A stretch of 64,000 bases of DNA, counting the filler, from Streblomastix strix (taxonomy: Eukaryota), in the NCBI GenBank assembly GCA_008636045.1. It is 3 parts of 3 records of this genome, joined end to end, with 100 filler letters (N's around TTAATTAATTAA, not from the genome) between each part and the next. Parts side by side here need not be neighbours in the genome. Positions count along the whole stretch, not along the records: positions 44,170 to 64,000 come from SNRW01000481.1; 2 more parts are not named here. One strand, given 5' to 3'. The translations under genes and the position numbers were made by a program. The notes below the pieces were generated by a model. The model saw nothing but the letters and a program-made list of their open reading frames with translations. It searched no databases and was not told where the DNA came from. Below, piece after piece: positions 54,073-64,000 of this stretch. Each line of letters begins with the position of its first letter. Within the stretch, counting starts at the first letter, position 1.

Positions 54073-55294
54073 CGAATTTTATAAAGGAAAAAAGGTAAAA
54101 ATCAAGAAAAAACGAAAAAAGTAAAATTGAAGAAAAAATTAAAAAAAAAATTTTAAAAAAAAAGAAAAACAGAAAAATTAGAAAAAAATATAGAAGAAAA
54201 TAAGAAAAACAGAAAATAAAGAAAAAATAAAGAAATAAAGTAAAAAAATTATTTCAATTTTTTTTAATTAAATTAATTTTTTAAAAAAACTTTTTTCAAA
54301 AAAATTAATTTAAATTGAGTTTCAAATAAATACTTATCGGAAACATTACTGATGTTAATTCATTACAAAAATACTTATTATTCTAAGAAAATTTTAATTT
54401 TTGAAAAATAAATATTGAATGAAATTAAAACCAGTTAATATATGTTAATATTTAATTAATTTGTATAATATAATTTTTTTTAGAATTATTTAAACTTTAT
54501 TAATTAAGTCAAAACTATTTTCATACATACTTTATTTTTTTAAGAAAATTTATTTTATATTCAAATTTAAAATAAATTATTAAAAAAATTATTAATATTC
54601 AAATTAATCTTTAAATTTTAAGTTTATTACATGAAATACGAAAAAAATTACTTGATATATATGTTAAAAATATAATTTTTTCTAAATGTCATAGATTTTT
54701 TTTTTATAAATTTCAAAGATTGTAAATATTATTTTATTTTAAATAATTAAATTAAATTTTATTATTTATAATTAATAATTTTTTATATTGTTGACAATAA
54801 GTGCATATTGGACAATTTATTTTATTATAATAATAATAATTTTTTAAGTTCGTTTAATATTTTAAAATTTTTTTAAGCATTGCGCTTGAAATAAAATAAA
54901 CTAAAAAATTCTTTATATATAGCAAATATTCTCATTTTTAATAAAGATTGTCGTTTTATCAGTCTTTATCGCTTATTATATTCATGTATTGTAATAAAAG
55001 CAGAGATTTTGAACTTTAACTTTATTAAAAGTAAATTAATATTTCTGTTTTATATATAAATTGAACTCTAATAAAATTCAAATTATTTTTAAATTAGATT
55101 TTAAATTTAAAATTGAATCATTAAAACAATTAATTACATATAGAAATTTAATTTTTGTTTCGAAAAGTTTAATAATCATTTTGTTTGACGTCTGGTAATG
55201 CTAAAAACATTTATTCTATTCAACTTTTCCTTTTAATAGAATTTTAAAAATAATATGAAAAAAAAATATATTATTTTTTTTAAAAAAAAAAATT

Positions 55295-56287
55295 TGGGGA
55301 TGCCAAATTGCCACGGGGGGTAAAGTGGGGCAGGGCAAACCAGAAAAGTGGGGAAGCTTAATTGTGAATAAAATACAGAAATAAAAAGAATTATTTTTAA
55401 ATTTGTGTAAAAATTATGAAGAAAAAAAAGTGAGTTCATCTATCTCCATTGTTAGTTACTATTTTGTGGAAATGTAATATATTATGGATTTGAATTATCA
55501 TAATATTTTTAAAAATAAATCGTATGTAGCGATTAAATGTTGACTTGTTGCTTAACTTGAAAATTTGTCTTGAAATTTTTAATAAAATCGATTTTGGTGT
55601 CTAATCAGGAATAATTTGTATTGAATTTCATTTAAAAATTCAAATTTAATGATATATAAAAGATTGTAAAATTATTTTGAGTATATTATTGCGTATCTAT
55701 TGCTAAAGTTAAAAAATGTAAAAATGCGCGATTTTGTTTGAAGTTAAATATTAATAATTATATTCAAATATGCTAGCATATATTCATATTAATTAAATAA
55801 AATATAGGAAACAGAATATTGAACAATGATATATCATAAAACAAGTGGGGCAAGTTTTTAGTTGGGGGCATCAGTATTTAATTGGGGGCAAAAAATTTAA
55901 TTGGGGGCAAAAATTTTTAATTTGGGGCAGCTGCCCCTTTTTATTTTTGTGGGAGCTATGGTCTATTATTCAAAAAACTGGTATATAGAAAAGATTTAAA
56001 ATAGTAATGAACATATTTTTACGCAATTATGATATATTATGTTAGGTTTCTCGGCTGAAAAAGAGCTTGCCCCACTTGCCCCCAATCAAATTATATTTTG
56101 ATCTAGAAATATATTTGAGATTAATTAATATAAATTTTAATTAATGTGAATAATAAATTACTTTTAATATATTATTAACAAAATTTATAACCATGTTAAG
56201 AAAAATTTTTTTTTAATTAATTATTTAATTTTTACAAAATGGGGCGAAAACAAAATCGGGGCAGGGCTTTAGAAGGTGGGGCAGGCA
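55295..56287. repeat. Clusters of (T)GGGGCA motifs in both orientations, likely transposon subterminal repeats
   Basis: More than ten GGGGC(A)/TGCCCC motifs in four clusters (55295-55360, 55843-55940, 56066-56087, 56240-56287) in otherwise very AT-rich DNA. Confidence 0.6.
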
Positions 56288-56469
56288 TTTCTGGAATCTT
56301 CAAAAACATTTTAATTTCATATAATTTAATTTAAAAAATTTTAATTTTATTTTATAATATTAAAAATTCCTTAAAATTTTTTTTAAATTTGACTTAAAAT
56401 TAAAGTTTTTTATTTGAATTAGTCGAGGTAAATTTATTAGAAAAAGTCACTTATTTCAAATATTTTCTG

Positions 56470-56520
56470 ACTACTTCGAATTAAAAATCACTTCGAATTA
56501 ACCAAGTTCGAATTAACCAG
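56470..56520 (+). repeat. Triple TTCGAATTAA(CC) short tandem repeat
   Basis: acttcgaattaaaaatcacttcgaattaaccaagttcgaattaaccag; resembles internally repeated DNA-transposon termini. Confidence 0.55.
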
Positions 56521-56713
56521 AATAATATGTTTAAGAATTACAGGTGTGAGAAAAATTTATATAATTCATGCATTGAAAGATTGTCGCTTTACGATATTTT
56601 ATAATAAATGAGACAAATTATGACAATTGGCAGCACTAAATTGGAGACCAAACAAATTAAGACCTGAAATCAAAAAATTACTCATATTCCTTCAATTTAC
56701 GAATAAAAAGAAA

Positions 56714-57900
56714 ATGAATGTTTTAAAAACTAATTCATACAACAAAAATATGATAATAATTAAAGGAAAAGTTAGAGAATTAAAATTATCGAAAAAGCAA
56801 ATATAGTACTATCAACTTGAATCTATGATTCGTAGAACAATAGTATGTATATTAACAATTTCAAATTATATGAAGGTAATTTTAACTGCTTGTAATGAAT
56901 TATTAAGTTTGGATTAAGTCTTCAAGAAGATCTAAGGTTATAAAATCAAAATATGTAAAGATATAATAGCAATGACATAAATTATTGATAAATTGAAACA
57001 GAAATAATTGTTTATGGAAAGAATAAAATAGGAATTATTTCAGAAAAAAGGCTAGGAAAATAATTTTGAAAATCAATATCTAACGTAAATTAGTCTAAGC
57101 AACCGACCCTTTGACAGGTCTATTTAGATGAGATGAATTTTTACAGATAGGAAAAATAGAGAAAATAATAAATTCTATACGGATTTTTATTTCTTTGATA
57201 GATTTATTTTTGAACAAATTCAACAAACTAATTAATTTTAGCTGAAAAAAAGATTTGAATGATTTCAAAACCAAATATATAACAATAATAATAACATTAT
57301 TTAACTCAAGTTCGTCTACTTTTAATATCTATACGTTTTTTAGACTAAAAGGAACTATTAATATAAAAATTAAATATTCTAACGCTAATAAAAACTACTG
57401 CTAAGCTTTACTTAAGTTGAATCTGAAATTAACAAATATAATCGAAACATATTATATATGTTCAGCTGATAATGAAAAATTAAGCTCTAAATAAAAATTT
57501 ATTAATGAATTGATTGATTATGGAAAAAGTTTCCAAAATACATTGAATTTTTTATTGCTTTATAGAAGATTTAAAAAGCAAATATATTCAAAATTTATTA
57601 ATTTATCAGTTCAAAACTCTTAAAGAGTTTAAGATCTTTGGATCATCAGTCAATTCAATATGCAACTCAATAATTATAAAATATTCGAAGTAAAATATAT
57701 TTTTAAGAGAACTTGTATATTTTTCAAATAACTCTAAAAAATTTCGAACTGTATCTCATTATTAAATTTAAAAGATTCTTAATTCAATGCAAACAAAATA
57801 GCTAGAAAATTTGTAGTAGATTCATGTCAAGATAATATCTAACATAATTAGTAAATTTTTTTAAAGAATTTGCAAATTCTCCATTAAAAGAGATTTTTAT
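56714..57900 (+). pseudogene. Heavily decayed coding-like region, possibly hAT-type transposase C-terminal half
   Basis: Frame of about 140 codons (..ISNYMKVILTACNELLSLDQVFKKIQG..IIAMTQIIDKLKQ..) then broken frames ending SLLNLKDSQFNANKIARKFV; adjacent to the GGGGCA arrays. No catalytic motif confirmed. Confidence 0.25.
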
Positions 57901-58407
57901 AAAATGATGAAGAGAAAAAAATTGTTTTATAAAAAAATTAAAGTAAATGTAAATTGCAGAAATAAAATCAGACAAATTGTATTAATATTTTAATAAATTT
58001 TAAAGGAATTAAGTCAATTTATAAATTAATTGATTAATGCGATATTTTTTTCAATAAGAAATTTTATAATAATATTTATAGTAAAATTTTGCTTTCATTT
58101 ATATCTTTTTAACCAAACAATAAAAATATTTAAATATAAAGTAGAATACAAATATTAAATGTTTAAAAACAAAAAAAACTATTAAGTTAATTTTTGTAAT
58201 ATAATTAATTCAGAAATTACATTTTTTAATATTTTTCTGAAATTCAATTAAATCATATATCCATAGTGAAAATTTTGTTGAATTATAATATTTAAATTTA
58301 TTATTTCATTGATAAAATATAGTAGTGTCAAATAAAAACAGAGAATTATTAGTCCGCATTTTAGAATATTTTCTGAATCGATCCGAGTCACATAGCACAT
58401 CACGATC

Positions 58408-61400
58408 ATGTTAGGCATTCTATTATTGGCAGTCAAAATCAATTATATTATTTGCATAATTGTTGCTAAAGAATAAAACACTCATTGCTACGAATTAAAC
58501 AAATTAGATGTTTCCGGTTCATACACTCAAAATATTGCAAATATTATCTTCGCTGATGCAAATGTATTTGCTCCAAACATGTATGAGCCCACAATTGGAG
58601 CATATCATTCCTGTTTTGGCAAAGAACCAATCATCATTATGAAGAATTCTTAATTCTAAGTGATAGAACAAGTACAGAACAGTGATTAGCGTTTATACTT
58701 GATAGAGCATGAATTATACAACCGTAAAATAACTCATGACATCTCTACTAAAAGGGATGTATTGAAAAACTCGTTCAAAAAACAGAATCTGAAAGATGCT
58801 CTTGTTGCTGAAAGTTCTATTCTAGTTAGCTCAACAAAGTTATTAAATCAAATAGCACCCTACTTGATATTAAATATATTATTTGTCATTCTTCATTCAA
58901 AGCACACTAATAAGGTAATTAATCTACATCTGTTAATTATCCTCTTTGCATCGCATTGCTTTTATGATGTTTCTGCTGATTTAATAGACGATAACTTCGT
59001 TACTAACAATTAAGGCTTTACAATAAATTCAGCTCCAGATTATATAATTAAGAACTGCACATTCACTAGTTGTCAAGATGTGGCAGGAGGTGGGGGTGCT
59101 CTTGTTCTTTAGATTTCAAATAGAACCAATATGTCTATTATCAATTCTACTTTCACTGAGTGTTTTACATAATCTAATGGTGGTGCTATCCGTGCAACAA
59201 TTTCATCAAGTGGCACACTGACAATCAGTGATTCAAGTTCTTTTGTTAGATGCCATGCAGACGGTAATGGAGGAGGAATATATGCAGAGATTGATGGTAC
59301 AAATAGTAAGTTAATTATCAGAGAAGTGGTAATCTTTGATAATTGTAACGCTAAAGTTGGTGGTGGTATATAAATGAGGATAACTAATGAAGGATATTTC
59401 GATGCTCAGAAGTTGTATATGAAAGAATGCACGTCATAACTCAATGGAGGTGGATTATATGCTGCGCAAAATAAAGGCAGTATAATCTTTGATAATAAGT
59501 GTGAATTCGTCAACTGTTCTACATCAGGATCTGGTGGTGCAATGTACCTACTTCTTTACCTTAGTACAGGTATTAAAGTCAATCTGAATGATGTGGCTAT
59601 TCGTGAATGCTAATCATATAACAACACATCATAATATGCATTATCAGGATTGGGAGGTGGAATCTTTATTAATGGATAGGGCATATATGATGTATCTTCA
59701 AGAGGTTTGAACTTTAAAGGGATGAAATTCGATAGAAATAAAGCAGAGAAACATGGTTAGAGCATGTATGTTGTGATGTCTAGATTGAAGGAATTTTGCT
59801 AAATGGGCATTGCTGGAGAATATGTGAAAGGAAATTATTCTGACTATCATTCAGTTAACATGGAGCTCATGGGTTATGTCTTAGATTATGCAGACTTCTA
59901 TGTCAAGTCACAAACAGAAATTGAACAAAATCAAAAATATCTTGAAGATTTATGGGATGCGCCATATGGATCAATCTGGCATGTATCAAACAGAGTATAA
60001 GCATCATTTCCAGGATTAGATCAATCTGGATGTGCAACATTTGATTCTCCATGTGAATCTATTTAATATGCAATTGATGAGATTTCAGATAAAAGGGAAT
60101 TAGGTAGAGATAATTATACATCAGAGAAAAGAATTGGAATATCTGAAAGTGGATATGATTTGTAGACTCCATACAACTTCAGTCCATCATAAATTCACAC
60201 CAACTTGATAAAGATAATGAAATAACTGTATGGAACACCGTTACCTTCTCCAATGTAAGGATAAGCATAATTAATGATAAAGAAAGGCGGAAGTAGTTCT
60301 ACTATTGAGAATGGTTAACCAGGTTGGATATAAGCAACTGATGGAATTACATTAAGAATGTATGAAATCGATATCATAACAGATTAATCAATACTTACAA
60401 TACCAGTTATCTACGTTCAAGATTCCAACACTCTGTTAGAACTCAATACAATCACATTCTCTGGAATTAATCTCTCTCCAACATCAGCAACAAGAGCACA
60501 AGGAATTGTGCATGTTAATGTTAACAATCAACACCTTATAGCATAAAACAGCGTATTTGAAAATATTAACATTTAAGGAGAAGGAGGAAATGCGATTCGA
60601 TTTGAGAATAATGCAAATTCGAGAGTAACAGCCACTATAACAAACTGTCAATTCAAGAATATCAATGCAAAAGCAGACTCANNNNNNNNNNAATAAAGAA
60701 ATTACGGTTTATTGATGATTAATAGTAACTGTTAATTCATTTAATGCATCAATGATAAAGGGAATGGAGGAGCTCTATATATTGATATTGATTTCAATTC
60801 CCTATCTGAATTCAAGATCAATGATGCATTTATAAAAGACTGCCAAGCAACAGCAGATACAACATCAACTCCTCCAACTGGATATGGCGGAGGAATCTTC
60901 TTGACTGGTACTGGTGATTATGATGTATTGTAAGGAACATTAGACTTGAGTGGAATGAGAATATTTGGAAATTCTGCAACTAAAGGAGGATAAAGCATCT
61001 ATGTTATTATGAGCAAATTGAAAGAATTGTGTCGATACGGAAATGCAGGATAATATGTGAAAGGAAACTATACAGATGGAACTTCTCATTAAAATGAGCT
61101 TGAAGGAATTCCAATAAGATTTGATTAATTCCTAATTCTCACTACAGAATAGTTTGTGAAGTAATAAAGACCATTAGAGTACTTCTGGACACTTCCATAA
61201 GAAGATATTTGGCATCTTCAAACAGGAACTGTATAATCAATAGAAAGTGAAGATTAATAATGGTGTGGAAACATTGATGAACCATGCAATACAATTGAAT
61301 ATGTATTAGAACAAATCTCTGTTAGAAAAGGAGTAAGTTAATAATCAATTATACCCATAAAGAAGATTGGTATTAATGAAGGAGGATTTGAATTAATAAA

Positions 61401-63714
61401 TCCATTTGAGTTCAAACCTGATTCAAGTTATACACCAATAATAAAGCTAATGAAATAAATGTATGGAACTTCATCTGCAATGAATGGAAATGCAGAAATT
61501 AAGATAAAGAAAAGTAATGATGATAGTAAAGAAGTTGGAAAATCAGGATGGATATCAGCATTAGGAGGAATTGAATTAAGAATATATGAAATCAAATTTA
61601 TAACAGATTAATCCATTCTTACAATACCAGTTATCTACATTCAAGATTCCACAACTCTGTTAGAACTCGATAAAATTACAATCTCTGGAATTAATCTCTC
61701 TCCAACATCAAGTGCAAAAGGAATTGTGCATATTAATGTTAACAATCAAAACTTTATAGCATAAAACAGCGTATTTGAAGATATAATAATTGAAGGAGAA
61801 GGAGGAAATGCGATTCGATTTGATAATAATGCAAATTCGAGAATAATAGCCACTATAACAAACTGTCAATTCAAGAACATCAATGCAAAAGCAGACTCAA
61901 ATGGACGTGGGGGATCTGCAATCTTTGCTTAATAAAGAAATTACGGTTCATTGATGATTAATAGTAACTGTTAATTCATTTAATGCATCAATGATAAAGG
62001 GAATGGAGGAGCTCTATATATTGATATTGATTTCAATTCTCTATTCCAATTCAAGATCAATGATGCATTTATAAAAGACTGCCAAGCAACAGCAGATACA
62101 ACATCAACTCCTCCAACTGGATATGGAGGAGGAATCTTCCTTACTGGTACTGGTGATTATGATATTTCATCTCCACCAAAGTTGGACTTTAGTGGAATGA
62201 GAATATTAGGAAATACTGCTAATAAAGCTGGATAAAGTTTGTATGTTGTAACAAGCGAACTATAAAAGTGGTGCAGCTAAGGAACATTAGGATTATATGT
62301 GAAAGGAAATTACAGCGAAGCGTAATCCAACATAGATGAATTGGAAGGAATTCTTATTGATTAATCAGAATTTGTTTCACTCACATCAGAAGATATTCTT
62401 GAATAGCAAAATCATCTTGAATACTTTTGGAGTGAAATAGTAACACTGACTAAAGTAGATGTTACTATAAATTAATCAGATTCTAGCATACCCGTTTCAT
62501 TTGCTGTTGAAGGAACAAATATGCTTTTAGATCAACTGAGCGTAAAGATTATTGATTAAGGAGCAAAAACTTAAAACAATTAAAATGAATTAATTCTGAA
62601 TATATTAAATTCTTCATCTATTTCCTCTATATTCTAATTCTTCACATAATTATAACACAATAAGTAATAGATATAAAATCGCTCCAATGCATTTGAGACC
62701 ATTTACCCACCAAATGATGGAACAAGCACTATTGATATTGTAGGTGAACCACAAAATGAACAACAAGGATATTTTGATATGCATGACTACCGTTCATGGT
62801 TCAACTACGATGAAAAAGAGTATGGAGTGCTTGCCTCTAATAACAGAAGGATTTTCACAGGAGTTAATGGAAAGGAAAGAAAACCAGTTTAATTATCAAC
62901 AAACATTGTTATTACAATACCCGAACCAGAACCTGAAACTGAAACTGAAGTAATTGAAGAAGAAATAGTACCAACTAAACCATTAGCGTGGTATAAAAGA
63001 CTTCCATGGTGGGTATTCTTACTTATTGGAGTTGGGATCCTTCTTTTGTTGTTATCTTTACTCTGTTGCTGTTGCTGCTTCTGTTGTGGATGCTGTTGCT
63101 GTGGTAAAGATAACAGCGAAGAGAAAGATAAAGAGAATGAGAAACTGAGGGAATATAACTAAGATTAAGAGAATTAATAATCAAACTAGACTGAGATGTA
63201 TAACATTGGTGAAACTGATTATTCATATAAGAAGAGCACAGCATAACCATAATAAGATGAAATTGCTAAAAGAATAACAAAAGAACCATATCAGGAGCTT
63301 TCAATCTAAGAACCTCCTATAAATTTATCTGCAGACAATCCTTTTGAGTTTAAAACTTCCTAAGTATAGCCTCTTGATCAAAACACTCAACCACCACGTC
63401 CTCACTCCCAACAAGGGTTGTCATCTGGTAATCCTTCTAGTTCCACTTAGTATCCACGGCGTTCTCCAGGTCCAAACTCACAACAAAGGCGATCCCCAGG
63501 TCCAAATCAGCAGCATGGTCATTCTCCAGGTCCAAATCAGCAGCATGGTAATCATTCTAGTTCCAGTTAGTATCCAAGGCGTTCTCCAGGTCCAAATCAA
63601 TAGTCTGGTCCAAGATAGCCTCATGGATACAAGAGTGGCCCGAAATAACAGCAACATGGACGACCACCTCCTTAGCAAGATCATTCTGGCGCATAACCAC
63701 CTGACTAGATTTGA
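58408..63714 (+). CDS. Giant single-exon type I membrane protein (~1770 aa) with Pmp-like GGA(I/L)/FxxC beta-helix repeats, Cys string and SPGPNQQ tail
   Basis: ATG 58408, one frame with TAA/TAG=Gln (10-N gap at 60682-60691) to TGA 63712-63714. Many FxxC....GG(A/G)(I/L)Y motifs; PEPEPETETE stalk; TM WWVFLLIGVGILLLLLSLL followed by CCCCCFCCGCCC. Confidence 0.88.
60380..62320 (+). repeat. Intragenic tandem duplication (about 60380-61080 vs 61610-62320, period ~1.24 kb)
   Basis: Near-identical DNA such as ggagaaggaggaaatgcgattcgattt and gactgccaagcaacagcagatacaacatcaactcctccaactggatatgg in both copies; a third, more diverged unit starts near 59580. Confidence 0.9.
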
Positions 63715-64000
63715 TATGAGTAGAAGATATAGTCTTTTTGATATTAGTTTTAGAGCGTTATTTACTAGATTTCCTGTTTAAATTTTATTTGTCAACCTCT
63801 TTCCATTTTAATTATCGTTCGATTCTCTGCATCAAAATAAACAAATTGTAATCACTTCTGTAATTTCTTATTCTTCTTTATTTTATTTTTGATAGAGCTT
63901 GCATTAATTGTAACAAAAAAGAAAATAATCAGTCTTTATGAACTGGTTTTCTTATACTATTTGCCCTCTAATATATTTAAATACAAAATTGCAATATTAA

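Noticed and set aside
55843..55940. Regularly spaced TTGGGGGCA repeats as a CRISPR array or telomeric repeat
   Set aside because: Repeats and spacers are too short and irregular, the context is eukaryotic and there are no cas genes.
63344..63781. Listed ORFs 63344-63781 (+) and 63478-63684 (-)
   Set aside because: Alternative frames over the repetitive SPGPNQQ tail of the 58408-63714 gene.
1..64000. tRNA or rRNA genes
   Set aside because: No cloverleaf or rRNA-like GC-rich segment recognised by eye; tRNAscan-SE/Infernal would be needed to exclude them.

Overview
Very AT-rich eukaryotic (protist) DNA. The window is three unrelated ~20-22 kb contigs joined by artificial 100-bp N-TTAATTAATTAA-N linkers (22022-22121, 44070-44169). 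Genes read through TAA/TAG as Gln and stop only at TGA, and most carry short GT-AG introns, so the supplied ORF track is badly fragmented. Code, intron style and gene families suggest an oxymonad such as Streblomastix (inference). Host genes: an ARM-repeat protein and a partial paralogue, a SPRY-like CaaX protein, a vWA protein with an E/Q/K tail, a Ser/Thr kinase, a TFIIB/Brf-like cyclin-fold protein, a divergent P-loop protein, an OPA/GlpT-like MFS transporter, a NOC4-like CBF protein, a dual-specificity phosphatase and two large beta-helix surface proteins. The most interesting feature is a ~6.1-kb element (about 34975-41110) bounded by ~180-bp inverted repeats. It holds only a decayed protein-primed family-B DNA polymerase gene (tandem IQ-like motifs, putative vOTU region, inserted HNH-like module) and one small divergent ORF, with no visible integrase or capsid gene. 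Contig 3 also has transposon debris: a MITE with filled and empty sites, a mariner fragment, a probable viral primase-helicase fragment and GGGGCA arrays. All translations were done by eye and no database searches were run.
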